A stretch of 49,500 bases of DNA, the filler included, from Bipalium vagum (taxonomy: Eukaryota): NCBI GenBank assembly GCA_037834085.1. It is 3 parts of 3 records of this genome, joined end to end, with 100 filler letters (N's around TTAATTAATTAA, not from the genome) between each part and the next. Parts side by side here need not be neighbours in the genome. Positions count along the whole stretch, not along the records: positions 1 to 17,432 come from JBBMKC010065653.1; positions 17,533 to 33,600 come from JBBMKC010128451.1; 1 more part is not named here. One strand, 5' to 3'. Position 1 is the stretch's first letter, and every line of letters begins with the position of its first letter. Of the stretch, positions 11,883-26,939 are shown piece by piece. Below the pieces are notes generated by a model. The model did no database searches. It saw only the letters and a list, made by a program, of their open reading frames with translations, and had not been told where the DNA came from. The translations under genes and the position numbers were made by a program.

Positions 11883-11990
11883 TATATATACCAAAAAGTA
11901 GTGGATTTTGTGAGACCTCTTCAATTCTTCTTATATGTAAGTAGGCGACCTGTTGCTCGTTGATTTTGAAGTTATGACATACTTTGAATA
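11883..11990 (-). promoter_or_regulatory. Proximal promoter of paralog B (TATA 11883-11890)
   Basis: Same ordered motif set as upstream of paralog A; TATA ~40 nt from the ATG. Confidence 0.65.
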
Positions 11991-12199
11991 TTTTCTAAAT
12001 TCTTAAGTGTGAGTTGAATGGTTACCATTCAGCAAATATGATTGCAATTATTTAATATTTATTTCACATTAAATTTCTTTTTATTTCTTTTATTTTTATG
12101 ATTAATTATGATTAATAAAATTTTTTGTTCTTAAATAAATTAAAATTTTAATTAATAATTTCTAATTTTAATTTTAAATACTTTTGTAATTTAATAATA

Positions 12200-12282
12200 A
12201 TAATGAACAATTAATAATTAATAATAAATAATAATAATAAACAATAATAAATAATAATAATAAATAATAATAAACTAATAAC
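12200..12282. repeat. Imperfect (AAT)n microsatellite
   Basis: Direct reading; similar tracts at ~32778-32810 and ~39103-39133. Confidence 0.7.
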
Positions 12283-12749
12283 ATTAACCTTTAATATACA
12301 TATCTCAAAAAATTGCTTATCACTATACATTTTGAAGCTGAATTTACTTTCTAAAGTGATTCCGGCAGTGATCAGATTAATTTCACTTAAGTCGAAAAAT
12401 TTATATATAATAGATTAGAGATTCTTTCAAAATAACGGGAATGAATCAATTGAACAAAATGAAAATATTTAACCAGTGTTCAGTTTATCTCTTCAAATTA
12501 AATTCATCATGTATGGATGGACTAAAGCCTAAAATTTTCTCATTCGTCAAATATTGACTTAAATTCTTTATAGCAAAATTGCTTTTGAATTTTCTTTAAG
12601 GGTATCAGTAGACGTAAATCAAGGAAATATTAAAAGCAAATCAAAGATTGATTTATTGATATAATTTAGTTTTTTTAAAAATTTGATGTTTAATCTTTTC
12701 AAATTAACAACAAACATAAATTATTAAACTGGCAATTTCATATTTTTAG

Positions 12750-13345
12750 CAATCGACATGGCAGCATATGAGCTATCAAAAGAAATTTTGAAGTATTCCA
12801 TGCCTTAATTATTCAATTTGAAGAAAACTGCAGGTGAAAGACAACTGCTCTTACTTCTTGTCAAGACACCTTTAAATGATGGTTTGACCGATTTAGAAAA
12901 GATGATCGTAACTTTAGAAAAGTAACGCTGAAATCAACAGAAATAAATTTATAGCTCGAAATTGGAAGCCATCTTAGAAGAGGATAATATCCAAACATAG
13001 AAACAGCTAGTTAAGCGGTTGAATAATTCTCAACAAGTCATTTGCGACCATCTATATGTAAAATGGGAAAGTTTTAAGTTGAAGGAAAATGATTTTCACA
13101 TAGATTGAATGAGAAAATGGAGAAACCAAAAATAATTTGCGAAATCTGATTAAGAAAGTAATGTTTACATCGCGTAATAAAAGACGAAAAAATAATGGAT
13201 TTACTTTGATAATTGTAAACGCAAAAGATCGTGGGTTTATCCGGAACAAATAACCACTTCCATTGCAAAGTGCAATATTCATGAACAGAAAGCTTTATTA
13301 TACATCTGGTGGGACCAGAGAAGGGTAGTCTTCTGTGAGATAGTA
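12750..13345 (+). mobile_element. Decayed mariner transposase
   Basis: Fragments WFDRFRKDD and NIHEQKALLYIWWDQRRVVFCE (mariner LCVWWD motif); many stops and frameshifts. Confidence 0.7.
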
Positions 13346-14759
13346 ATCATTATTAGTAGATGGTAATCAATATGCATTAAAATTACTGAAAATGAAGAAA
13401 CTGAAGAATCTTTAATAGAACTTATAAATAATGGGTCAATGCTTATACAAATGGAGATTGCTCCGGTTTTTATAGTGATATGGCTTCATACATTCCAAAA
13501 GGTATGAGCAAGGAACTTATTAATGAATAAATGTATTTCTGTTTAAATTTTTTTAACGTTACGAACATATACCTGTTGTAATTAACATGTTTTCTAAATA
13601 GATTTTTACGGTGTCAAAATAGAATTTTACAATGTCAAAAAAACTTAACCTTGACAAAATCGAGGTGGAAATGGTGTAATAACATTTGAATATTTTTAAA
13701 AAGTTTTTCAATTAAAAAAGAACATAAAAAAAGAAAGATAATTCACAAAATCTCATCTGTAACTTTTACTTAGTCCATACTTGTTTCCCACTAGACTCAA
13801 ATCTTCTTTGGGATCTATACGTGATTCTTGGTGCAACTGATAATAAAATCGATAAAAAATAATTTATAACCACTCGCAAGAAATAGTAGTCAATTTCACT
13901 TCTTTAATGGTTTCACAACTAAACAAATCTTTTGCTATTAGGGTCTTATCTTCTAATTGATTTTTTAGTAGTCCGACCAATCAGATCGCGTACTCATCAA
14001 ATTAAGAAAAATTATTTCTTTTTAGAGAAACTATAAAATTATCAGAATGAGTAATTATCGACTCTAGGATTAGTCTAATTTTAGAACTATTCGGGGCATT
14101 AATTCTATTGATAAATATTGCCACAAGATATTATTCTCTTCTCAATTTTTTGTTGATTATTAGGTATTATGATCTTGGAAACCGGATAATACTATTAATT
14201 CTGATTGATATCAAAAACAAACAATTGAGCTGAACTAATGTTTGATTACCAAAGTTCCAAAATGGGCCAAGAAGCATAGTAAAATCATTTCCTATTGTCG
14301 TAATCTGACTGAGGAAATCATCTCCTTTTTATAGTAAATTCAATAACCTGCCGGTCATTCCAGTTGTTGGTGGTTAAAAATTAGGTTTTGAAAGACCTGT
14401 TTTATTTTTAAGGAGAATTTTAGGTTATTTCAAGGTACTTCAGGTAATTTAATTTCATGAAAAAATGATTTATTCCCTTAAATATATCGGAGAACAATTA
14501 CTTGGGAGAACAATTATCCGTTGATTCTCATAAAATAAATTGTACCTAATTAATTTATTATTATTATTAGTTAATTCTCGTTGTTATTATTATTGGTTTA
14601 TTATTTAATAAATTATTATTATTTTTTTTATTATTATTAGTAGTAATCAGAAAAAACAATTTATTCAAAATTCACCATAAGAATGTCAATAATTTCATAT
14701 TTAATCATAAATCAAGATGAAACAACTGACCCACATATGAAAACATGGTCAAACATTTT

Positions 14760-15080
14760 TAGTTTGGCATATAAAAATTATGTTTAAGACCAAGAAATAC
14801 CGTTTCTTATCACTCATTTTGTAAGCAACGCCAATGATATTTGTTACAGAGTACTTGAACTCCTGATTATAAAACCACATATATCTCTTACAGAATTTGA
14901 AAAGTGATTGATCAAGAGACCAGATTTGAAGTGAGAGAAAGCTTTTCATGGTACACAAAGCTTGTCATGTTTAAAGCGGTTAAATCGGTGATAACTCTGA
15001 AAGACATATGCCAGACAAATGAAATATGGAAGGTAGTAAGGAGCACACGAATTCTATTGTATTTCTAAACATCCTGGTGT
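14760..15080 (-). mobile_element. Possible decayed mariner fragment
   Basis: Weak WVP.EL-like and SDKKR.F (TGDEKW-like) remnants. Confidence 0.35.
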
Positions 15081-16419
15081 CTCTAAGGAAACAGTTTTTA
15101 TTAAACTTTCCAGAAATAAATGAAAAATTTAGCAAATGAAGAGAAACAATTTGTGACAGTCATGGTTCCATCGATAAAAGATGTGGAAAACATAATTAAC
15201 TGAACATTCAGAAGCTGTATAAGATTATTCACAAAATTATAATCATTTTCTTCATAATAATATTAATAATAATTAATAATATTATTATTAATATTAATAA
15301 CAGTAATGACAATAATAAAATATTCTTTTCTATGTTAACTAAACTATTTATTTGCACAGATCTTCAAGTTTAATCTGACATTTCACAGAAATTACATTTC
15401 CTTAATAATTCCATAGTCTCAATAATTAGCCTGCTTCAATATTAATGAATTCTGCGTTCCAATTTCATCGGCATTTCGGTGATGATTGATCATTAGAAAT
15501 ACCTATTGCCACAAAGTCACATTCTCCCGAAGGACAAGCCATTTCTTTAAAATATCATTTCTGATTACTTCAAGAGTATATCTTATTGAGGTAAGAAGTC
15601 CAAAGTTTCCCCGACTTGACATACGACACTTCTATGGACGTTTAATGCTTTTTTCTTTTATTGGGTTTTTAATTCATTTGGAATGGCTTCGTATATTATT
15701 TTTCTAAACGTTCTTAATTATCCTCTTATTCGCTCTGTCCTTCAAAAAAATGTCGTTTTTTCCTTTTCAAAAAGATTTACAAATGACAAAGAAAAAAGAT
15801 TTCGAAATTTTCTTTTGAAAATATTTTCTGCATTAAACTTTGATCAGTTCAATGAAGTCTAATGTCAAAGGTTCGTTGCACATCACCTCTTTGAGAATAT
15901 TAGAGGTAGAGTGATCACTTTCTGATATTTTTACCGAACTAGGTGACTTAGATGAACTAGTTGACCAATTTTCGAATGACGGATTTGGTTTTATTTTTAA
16001 ACTAGGTCAACTATGTCATAATTATTTATCATTACAGTAATATTACAGTAATTACTCAACATGTTTCATTTGTAAATTAAAATGTTTTTATTTCTCTTCT
16101 TCTTCGAATCATTACCTGTCACCAAAGGTTCTGATTTAATTTTCTAACAATGATATATTAGATGAAATTTGGACCACAAAGTAACATTTGGTGTTATTTC
16201 TCTCAGTTTTACATAAACGGAATTGAATGCTTCACTTGTAAAAAAAAATAAAAGGTATCTAGGCCATCAAAAAGAAGAATATCAAGAATTTATAAAAGAT
16301 GACCAAGTTGGTATGAAGTAGTTGGTTGTTTTGTCAATAGCCAGTTAGCTCAATGTACTTTGAGAGAAAAACCTTTGTCTTTATAATAAAATTTTTTTGA
16401 AAAATTTTAACTATTCCTA

Positions 16420-16850
16420 GTTGACAGAGTCACTGACCCAGTTTAGTTTTACATCTGATTTGACCTGGTTTAATTTTTAAAATGAGCCAAATCTTAGATC
16501 TCAATTTGTCAGAAAGCATTTGAATCAACTGAAGGATACGTTTCCATTGCCATTAAATCACAATTGAGAATATTAGGTACGGAGCATAAGACCATACCAA
16601 AACTTTCAAATATATTATTTATCGAAGTTCTTCCGTATCCATCTTACAGTCCCGATGCCGCACCATCTGACTATGAACTTTTTCACTCAATACAAGGGGA
16701 GCTGTCACATTGTCCTTAGATCTCTGAAACCCAGTCTAAACGGGAAAAGTTCAACTCTGTACAGGAATATGAAAAATACATCGTTCAATTTTCTACAGAA
16801 TAAATCAAAAAATTTCTCAGTCATGGAACAATGACTCAAGTGAAAAATAG
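16420..16850 (+). mobile_element. Decayed mariner transposase 3' fragment
   Basis: IEVLPYPSYSPDAAPSDYELFHSIQGEL matches the HPPYSPDLAPSDY motif. Confidence 0.75.
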
Positions 16851-17432
16851 AAAAAAATTACTTTTGCAAAAAGTGTTTTTGTTGTTTCTTCTACTTTTCC
16901 ATTTGACGTTTTACTGTTTGTATAAGATACGAAGAGGTTTTAAAAACATTGTTTTAAATTTACAAAGGAAAATGCCAATGAAGACGTAATGTAAGAGAAG
17001 AGAAGGAATGCATAAAAACACCTCAACTACTAAAACCTTTATTTTGAAAATTTACAATTCTTCTGGAGTACCTCATTGGCAATTTTCTTAAATGCTCTTC
17101 GTTTTAAATCTTTGTTTACAAGAAATAGTTCTCAGTTTCAAAGAACTGAAAAGCAAAAATAGATCTTTCTTTTTCAATCTTATTTATATTTTGATTTACC
17201 TACTGATCCTTATGGTACCCTCTGGTACATCTATTAAGGTGAGTAAATATTATAAAAAATAAATAAAATAAAATAAAGAAATAAAATAAATAAATAAATA
17301 AATAAATAAATATTATAAGTAAATATTCGCTAATAAAATATTCTCACGGTCAGTGCTATAGCGCGTAAAGAAATGATAAGGTCAATCATATTTTTCAATT
17401 AATTTAATGAAGGCATGACTTTAAATCAAAGT

Positions 17433-17532
17433 NNNNNNNNNNNNNNNNNNNNNNNNNNNNNNNNNNNNNNNNNNNNTTAATTAATTAANNNNNNNNNNNN
17501 NNNNNNNNNNNNNNNNNNNNNNNNNNNNNNNN
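17433..17532. other. Scaffolding gap with TTAATTAATTAA spacer
   Basis: N44-TTAATTAATTAA-N44; all-frame stop linker of artificial origin. Confidence 0.9.
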
Positions 17533-17622
17533 TTCATTTAATAAATTTCGTTGTTTAAAATATTCTTTTCAATTAAAATTAGTATTTTTTATAGGGGGTG
17601 AACAGACCTTTTACGCGCACTG
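17533..17622. mobile_element. Tc1-like element end abutting the gap
   Basis: Ends ...GAACAGACCTTTTACGCGCACTG|TA (CAGTG terminus plus TA). Confidence 0.5.
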
Positions 17623-19539
17623 TAATATAGTGAATTTTATATCAGCCAAAATAATGGCATTATGTGTATTTACTTCACCAGAAAAGTTAAAATAACTCTT
17701 GTCTGATAACAGAATTTCCCTGATTCATAATAAAATTGGATAATTTGAATTTTTGTTTGAGAATCCATAGTAACTATACGATAAAAATATTAAAATAAAA
17801 CCCCAATTCTTATATTATAACCTTTTAATAATATGATCGATTAGATTTATTTAGTACATGAATAATTCAATTTAAAATTTGTTGATAATTTCCTGACATG
17901 CCGAATTACTTTCAAATTTATTTTAAAAATATTTATATATTATTTTTTATTATTTAAAAAATATTAAAATTTAATCCTTACAAATATATTATAAATATTT
18001 GTTCATTAAATAGCTTTATAAGTAATTAAAGTTAAAAAATGTTATTGACCTGACATATATACTTCATTGAGTATAAATCAAATCTAAATTTATTATAGGT
18101 AAACTATTTTTACAAAATAGTAAAAATAAAAATAAATATTAATAAATAAATATTAAAAAATTAATTTTATTTTTATGCAAAAAACAGAGCATAAGGGAAG
18201 ATCGCAATTTTGCAAAAATCGACATTCATCAACAGAATTTAAAAATGTTGTCCAGAGAAATTAGTTTCATAAAATCTCATTAAGATGAATTTAAATAATA
18301 TAATCAATATTTTAGTCAATTTTTGAAATATTATATTTTTAATTACAATTTTTAATTAAAAATTAATGGAAAACCAAAATCAAGAATCCATCAAAGTTAG
18401 TTATGAAAGGTTTATGCTATAAAACATTATCACAGTCCATTTGCAAGGATAAATGATTTGGAGTAAATCGGTATACTCGATGGAGTTTGATACAAAACTC
18501 GTTTTTGTCTTAAAAACGAAGAATATCACTCATTCAAGATATTATGGACAAAGAAATCATTAAAAAATATGAAAAAACATTTCTCCAAGATGCTTTATAC
18601 CATAATTTAAATTTACCTACAAGAGAGTTGTAATTTTAATCAATTCTAATAATATAAATGATTTTATAATGTATTTATTATTCTTAATTTTTAATATATA
18701 ATTTATTTTATTAATTATTAATTAAATGTAATTTTAAAATTTATAATTGTATTATAATATTAATAAAAATAAATTTTTCTACCGATAACATTAGCGACTG
18801 AAATGTTTATTAAATCTTCTTAATTTGGTATAATTATTCGTTAAAAAATTTATAAAGATTTCAGTTTTTAATTCAATAGTTATTTTTATTAAAAATTTCG
18901 TGAATTTTAGTGTTTTGAAATTTAAATATTTTTGTTCATATGCGATTACATTCATGGGATATTTGAATAATAATTTTATATTAATTTTATATTTACGATG
19001 TTGATTGATAGGTAAGCTACCTGACAACTAGTGTCATCACAAAATACGTCTTAATATTGAAATGTACAATCAACAAATTTAATAATATAAAATTCATTTA
19101 TATAAAAAATCTACATCAACAAGATTATCAAAGTTGGTAATAAAATTATTATTGTTAATAATTATTTGTTCAAATAATTAATTTTTTTAAAAAACATTAA
19201 AATTATTCAATATTGTTTCAATACAAATTTTATGGAGAAAAAATAATTTCAATTTATAGATTAATCTACTTTAATATTCAATTTAAAATCAGTGGGTTGT
19301 TTACATAATAATTGAAAAGGAAGTTTTTAATTTGAGAGGCTACCAAAATTTCCATTTATATATTTTAGCAGAAATAAATTGAATGTAAAATTTTTTTAAT
19401 AATTTTTAACTTATAAATATGATTTTATTTATCATGTCAAATAATTAAACATTTGCCAATAAATAAAAAATAAACAATTAATCAATTTTTAAGGAAATTA
19501 TCAGGTTTATGAAGTGCCATTTTAATTACTCCATACAAA

Positions 19540-19830
19540 CATTCTAATTTTTGTTTGGGCCAGATTAGATTCATTCAAAATATGGAATTTTGCAGTGTGG
19601 TCTGTTTTTTACTTCTCAAAGGATTTGGTAAGAAGAAAACCATTAATCAGCTTAAACAAGAATATGCTGAAGAAACTTAATATCAAGCAACCATTTATAG
19701 ATGGGTCCGAAAAGAGTGTTAAGTAAGAAAAACATTAGCATAAAGAGTAAGAAAAACCATTTGGTCTTTCTAGGTTAACTTCTTTTCATCACTTTCCATT
19801 TGAAATTTGTCCGTTTAAAATTTCAAACGG
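19540..19830 (-). mobile_element. Possible Tc3-like transposase remnant
   Basis: Degenerate SDEK..NLERPNGFSY resembles SDEKKFNLDGPDG. Confidence 0.35.
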
Positions 19831-20169
19831 TTTTATTTTTAATCCAATGCATATAAGTAATTATAATGTAAATATTGGTTGATCTAATTTAGAAACCTTA
19901 AAAGACATAAGCATTATTTTTAAAAAATCGGAAATTAATTGACAAACAATTATTCCAGTGCAAAATTAAAATTTTTAATTTTTAAATAATTGTTTGTAAG
20001 AGTGAAAATTGAAGATTTTGAATAAAAAAGATAAAATATGATCAACAGATAGAATTTTCCAAATAATAGATAATCATGGATGTTCAATTACCAGAGTGAG
20101 TCAAAAGTCTTATATTTTTATGAGAAAATTTTATTTACAAAACATTTATAACACAAATTATGTTATTAC

Positions 20170-20350
20170 TTGAAATACATATAATCTTTTTCGGTGACTT
20201 GAAGCCATTTTTCTGCCAATTGAAAAATTCGATGTCGATACCAGTCATGCGTCTTAGAGGCGAAATTTTCGGCATTCCATTTTTAACCTCATCCTTTAAA
20301 CTGAAACATCTTCCTTGTATAAAATGAGATAGAGACCAAAATAAATGACC
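20170..20350 (-). mobile_element. Mariner 3' remnant
   Basis: Degenerate HLFWSL.HFIQGRCF ... F.LAE.WLQV C-terminal pattern. Confidence 0.5.
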
Positions 20351-21369
20351 GGGCTTTAAGTGAAAATTTAACTATAAATAAATATATAAACAGAATTTGT
20401 TACAGAATAATTTAACAAATATCTATAAAATATTATAAGAAATTATTATTCAATAAGTAAAAGTTTAAAAAATCAAATTCCAAAATTTTCTCAATTTAAT
20501 AAATATAAAAAACTTGAAAATGTAGAACTACGGAAGTAGGACATAATGAAAAATGCCCTTAAACTATTAATAATTGATCATAATGTATAGTGGGAATTTC
20601 TTGCAACTGTTTTATTTGGCATTCATGAAATATGGTTTTCTCGACTTTCCACTTCTGAGCATCCCATGTTTAAGCTTATAAATTTCGTCTCCGGGATTTT
20701 TCCAAATTATTTTTTAAGAATAATTAGCTTTTCGCTCTATTCAAATTGAAATGAAAATTAAAAACATTCTTTATTAGGCAAAAAAGAGAAAAAATACAAA
20801 GAATTAAGAAATAAATAACCATGTCAAAAAGAAAAATAACCTAAATTCATATTAAATATTAAACCTTAAATTTTTTTATTAATATTTTTCTCAGTTGAAT
20901 TATTTTTGTAGGCTGACTAACAAAAATAATTTATTTTTAATGCTTACCTAATTTCATAAATCTCTAATTTATTATGATCATTTTACAACTCTCTAGTAAA
21001 TATAAAGTAAAATAAAATTGTTAATTTTCCGGAATTTTATTTATTTTTATTATAAATCCAAATTTTGAATACAGAAAGAAATTCCAAATATTAAGGTAAA
21101 TAATATTGATATAACTAGAACAAAGAGGTATAAAATATAAACTTTTTAATTTTATAAACTCAAATAATTTCTTCAAAATAGCAATACAAAATGTTTTGTA
21201 AGTGTAGGTCTTCCCCTTTCTCATATTGCTCCGACAAATACAGATTTGTATTAAACATTTCCTAAAATCATTTATTTCTTGTTTAACTTGTTAAAAATTG
21301 ATTCCGAAAATGAAATTATATCGATCATTTCTTGATGAGAAACATGTACATTTCATTTAAGATGAAATT

Positions 21370-21890
21370 AAAGATGAAATTATTATTGTTGTAGAGAACA
21401 AATCTTTTATCACTTGTTATGATACGATTTAAAATTAGATCCATCTATTGAGTAACAATAAATATTTTCAATTTTTAAATTGCTTATTTCTTTGTGATTG
21501 ATACGATAAACGCAGAATCCTTGACTGAATTTTTAAACCTTATCACAGGCTTCAAATGTCTTATAATTGCCTTTGGACAAAAAATTTATTATTTAGTAAA
21601 TTTAGTATCTAGATACTAAATTTACTTTACTAAAATACATAGTTCGGACAAAGGTTTTAGACGCAGTTACAGCAGAAAGGGGCCTAGTAGAAACGGAAGT
21701 AAATATATTTTTTGAATTTCAACTCGGTCAGTAAATCGGTATTTTCAATGACGTTTTATTTGAAGATCTTTCGTTACCTTCCTAAAATATCATCGCCTAA
21801 TGCTGAGTTCATTAGCTGCACCTTTTCCATATACCAAATTAATGGTTTCAGGGGATTCCGAGGATGTTTTTGTAATTTCAATCCAGATAA
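21370..21890 (-). mobile_element. Decayed mariner 5' fragment
   Basis: ETINLVYGKGAANELSIRR (HTH_48-like) and DKRFVLYNN (DEKWVLYNN-like). Confidence 0.5.
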
Positions 21891-21903
21891 GTAAATTGTG
21901 TGA

Positions 21904-21962
21904 ATTTCTTTATTTGTCAGTTTGATGTGCATTTCTTTATTTGTCAGTTTGATGTGCATTTC
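21904..21962. repeat. 27-bp perfect tandem duplication
   Basis: ATTTCTTTATTTGTCAGTTTGATGTGC x2. Confidence 0.85.
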
Positions 21963-22479
21963 TGATTTTTTTTCTAAGAATCTATTGGAATATTTAAACA
22001 AATTTGAAAATACCATATTTTAATGTGAGAATTACAAAATGCAATATAATCTATTTTATCCAGCTTTACTATAAAAAATTGTAAAAAAATTGCAAAAATT
22101 AAATATTGAAATCGGAAATTTTTTTTGACCAAACATAATATCAACATAATTGTCCATCTTAGAGTAATATCGTATCCATACAGCAAAAATATAAATATTA
22201 TATATTCAGAATTATTGCCCAGTTTGTTATTCAATTGTAACAGTTTTGAATCTCTATTAGCTGGATGAAAATATTAACAAATTTATAAGAGTTCTGTTTT
22301 TGACTAAGAAATTTTCAATATCCTAACTGTATGGAAAAAGAATTTGTCTTATGAATTTGAATGGCTTTCAAAGTTTTAATAGGGAAACTTCGAGATTTTC
22401 TCTTTTAGTCTTGAGAAATATAAAATATACCTCTGATGTTATTGTTTAACTTTGTTTTAAACTAATTTAGATTTAATTC

Positions 22480-22980
22480 TGCAACCAAAGTTTTGGCATG
22501 AAGCCATACTTTAGTATGTCTACATAGTTTTCTCCATTCACATTCTCATGAAAGAAAAAGAGACAATTTAAGGAGCTTCATCAGTGAAAATTCAGGTCAT
22601 GAAGAAAAGATGAATTTTTCATTATTTAGGTCTTTCACACATTGTAATTCTTTCAGCATAGTTTCGTCACATGAATTATTGATAATTTGAATCTTGAATA
22701 GATAAATTTGAAAATTTTTCGTACTTGATGATGTTAATTTTTAAAACAGTATCCAATTTTCGTAGTTGTAGTTCTTAGTAATGACTTCCAAAGATCACGA
22801 ACACTACCAGTCTCTTTAAATCTTGCAAATATCTTTTTCATTGTTCTTGCTGTCGGTATCTTTTTCCATTTCAAATGTTCTAAATGACATCTGAATAATG
22901 TGACTGATTCCGTCTTAGCTGTCAGTAAAACAATTAGCACTCTTTCTTTAATAAAGAACTTTATTTAAAAAAATGGAATT
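22480..22980 (-). mobile_element. Decayed Tc1/mariner (DUF4817-type HTH, rosa/DD41D-like) fragment
   Basis: IPTARTMKKIFARFKETGSVRD matches the N-terminal HTH of these transposases. Confidence 0.6.
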
Positions 22981-23999
22981 TACTGTAATTAAATTCGATA
23001 ACATCAACTAATTAAAACAGTTAAAGAGTTACATTAAATTTCTGAAATTCTATTTCTTAAAAAATGTAACTTGAATATATTTACTTATGATATTTATTGC
23101 TGAATTCCGAAATTGGATACTTACTTTATACAAATCCTGTTTTATAGTATAATTTGGTTTGGTAATTATTTATAGAAATGTGGAAAGAATTTCCTATGGA
23201 ATTCTTACCTAGATTTATACTGTGTATCTACAATACAGTTTAACAAGAAAAATTCTGTTTTATTTGGAAGAGAAAAATATAATATTTTTCCCTCCGCGTT
23301 GATAAGAAAATTTATTATGTTAAAAAAGAATAAAATATTATCATGCCAACATTAAAACCGCAGAAATTTAGCAAAATGATGATATGCCAAAAAGGGACTG
23401 AAAAGTTAATTTTACATAAAAATTGAGTTTATTTTAATATCATTTCCTTTATTAATTGAAAGAATAAAATATGATTTTTGACATTTTTAAGATTTATTTT
23501 TAAGTTAGTAAATTTTTTCTCCATTAATAATATTTCATAATAATAATATTGCTTTATTTTTCTTTCATTATGTTGATTCAAACAAATTATAACCAACTTA
23601 ACATTTCTTTTAATCTTTTTAATATTTTTTTTTATTTTAGTAATAATATATTTGATTTACATGTCAGATTTTTATCAGATTTCCATGAGATTCCATGTTT
23701 TCTCATGCGTGTAATAATCATAAGAAATTTTATATTCAGTTGAAAATTTTTTTGATAAAATGAAAGTAATGAAAGTTGAAAAAATTCTTGTTATCATTTT
23801 TCCACTCAAAAATATTACGAAAAGTATTATTAAAAAGGAGCATTTCATATAATTTTTAAACTTATTTAAATAATATTTTAAAATGTATATTATTACTAAA
23901 ACCACTACATATTTAAAACAATGGAAAGTTATAAAAGAATTGCGATGGTTGAGGAGCATTAAGGAGTGTGAGGCTATATAAATTAAGGGGAAAAGAAGT

Positions 24000-24710
24000 C
24001 TATCATCAAAAGATTAGATACGATGGAGGTCAAACTTTAATTTGGCAATAACTTTCGATAGTCGGCGCATCAATCTACATCGATAAACCCCAGACTGAAC
24101 ATAAAACGATCAACAATGATCAAGTGGGGGGCGCGTTAAGGAGAATGAGTAAGTTCTAAATAGTCAACAACGAAATTCGGGTTTTAAAACTTAATCTAAT
24201 CAGAAACTTTCATGCATAAACTTTATTTTTCAAAACGTTGGAGGATCAGACAACAGGAAAAGATAGACTTAGCCTAATAACTAAGGATGAAAGGAATCAA
24301 AATGAGGATACAAGTTGAAATTTGATGGAAATTTTTTGAGTACAAATAATAAGAGCACATGAGTCATATATTCATTCTCAAAATAACAGCGTCTGCATAG
24401 GCAAGCCTGGCCTTCATTAATAAATGGGCGATCACTGATTGCCAATGTGTTGGTTCTGGCTTTGTAAAAAAATTTGAAAAAGTATTATCGTTGTTATCTT
24501 GCATGTACCATTTGTAAATTGTGATATATATTTGCATTACTGATTGTTGCAAATTGTACCTCCTCATAGAATCGAAGTCAGTTTACATTTGAAATATTAG
24601 ATATTGGAACAGATATAATTTAAAAATATAAGTAATATATAATATAATATAATTTCGAACCTGTCATAATATCCAGATCTTGTGTGGGAAGTGTCTTTCC
24701 ATTAAAAAAA
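24000..24710 (-). mobile_element. Decayed non-LTR retrotransposon RT fragment
   Basis: RLAYADAVIL resembles the LAYADDIVL RT motif; GC higher than flanks; many stops. Confidence 0.4.
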
Positions 24711-26939
24711 GAGAAAAGTGAAATAAAACTCAGTTTGTATTATTTTATCTTGTTGATCAGGGCAGCTGATATTTTAACCTGATTTCCGAATAATAGGTTT
24801 ATGAAATCAAAAATTTAACTGTGTATTCTTGTATTGGGTCATTTAAGTAAATTATACTGTTTTTCCTTGTCGAATTATTATTTTGGTATACTTTTTAAGT
24901 TTCTCTATAAAAATACTAATTCATTTGACACATTTGAAATTCGTTATTCACTTAGAAACTGAGTCTCAAGACACTCCTGAGAATGGTGGTACTAAATTTA
25001 AAAGATTACAATACTTGATTAATAATTTATAAGCATATTTTAATATAATTCATAACTCTTATTAATATTAATTTTTATGGTTCCATGAGTATATTTTGTG
25101 ATAATATTTTACTGTAAGCATCCAGCTATCATTTGTCGTGATCTGAACAATTAAACGCCACAGTTGAAAAATAAAGTTTTTAAAGACTCATTAAATGTAA
25201 CAATGTTTCGTTTTTTTATTTTATAATTATATTTATGATTGGAAATTATCCTATTATAATTATAATTATCATTTTTCGTTGTATCACTAATGAGCTATGA
25301 ATGCGAATTAAATTTATATTAATTTATTTGATAATTTAATTAATTAACTAAACTTTTATTTTCAATAAAAATAATTGTTATTCTTTTCCTATGTAAAAAC
25401 TTTGAATAAATTTATGAATATATTATGAGATGTGTAATCATTTTTTACATTATTTAATTATTTAATGGCTTAAATATTAAAATTTTAATGAAAAATAATA
25501 AAAAAAGTTTAATATTTAATCGATTGTATTTTCACACACGCACTTACATACATATACATTGTAATGTATAATACATTAAATAACACAAACTAAATAAAAT
25601 ATCTTCAATCAAATCCCATATAAAAATATTAAGAAAATGTTTATCTTAATTCTTCATTTATTTCTTTTTCTATTTTAAAGGTATAATACATATAATGGAT
25701 ATATGATGTTTACAACTACTGGATATCCTGAATTATGATGTGCCAACATTTATGTACATACTCATATTCGAGAATACCAAGCTATGGAAAACGTTATTGA
25801 TAATTGTATAGATAATTGAAAGTGTTAGAGCTAAATATATCTCACTTTAGCAAATCTTAGAGCTTTTTGTGTTTTACAATATTATAAGAAATTATAATAA
25901 ATAAATTTCTACCGAAGTTCCACTTTGGTTACAATAAATACCATATAGATTATTATGAATATTTGTTTTTAATAATAAATGAAGAAGAGGCAAAATATTT
26001 TAAAACTGGGTTCATTAGAAGATATTTTGTTTGTCAAAAAATCCACATTATTTACCGGTACACCTACAATAAAAAAGTTAATTGTTGTTTTCGACTAGCG
26101 TGCTGTTGCTGGCCATTTCTTAAACCTTAAATATTATTTCATAAACAATGAAATATTTTCTTTATAAATTACAAATCATGCCTGTAATCATGTTGATTTC
26201 CATTCTTTGACTAATTAAGAAATTTATTACTATAATAATTAATTAGTACTAATTAATTTGAATAGACTCATATTAGTTCTGACTGCACAGTGTGGTGTTA
26301 CTTTATTATTATTATTAATTAATTTTTTTTTCATATTTTGCTCTCTTGTTGATAATTGTTATTGCTTTCATTATTTTTTATTAATATATTATTGTTAAAT
26401 AAGATAAAGATATACAATAACAGATTTCTAGGAAAATCTGTTATCTATTTAGCAATTAGTGTAATGAATAAAAAATAATATTTAATATATTATAATATAT
26501 TTCATGATTTACTAAATATTGTCGTGATTTTTAAGATATAATTATTTTTTATGGAGTAATTAAAATCATTTAATGTTTTTCTAAAAATATTTTAGTCTTT
26601 TAATTATTAATTTTGTCTGAACCCTGGTAATTCTTTTAAATTATAAGAATAGCTAAATTAATAAATACCAAAAATATTTGAAATATTATTTAGATATTCT
26701 AAATAAATGTGGAAATGAAACTTAAATTCAAATCAAATTTTCAAAATACCAAAAACCCTTAATGAGGTTAATGGTGACTATTTGGTGTTTATCTAACAGT
26801 TTAATTGATTTCAACTTCCTGATTCCTGGTGAAAAATTTGCCAGGTCTTAGAATAAATGAACGGGTTTTTTTGAAGCAATAATTCAGAAGAAAAAACTAA
26901 AGTTAAAAATATTTATTATAGGAATTAAACACATTTTTT

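Noticed and set aside
15430-16000. GC-richer decayed coding-like segment
   Set aside because: No diagnostic motif, so no family assignment can be supported.
17477-17488. TTAATTAATTAA island inside N runs (also 33645-33656)
   Set aside because: Identical, centred in 100-nt gaps and stops all frames: a scaffolding linker, not biology.
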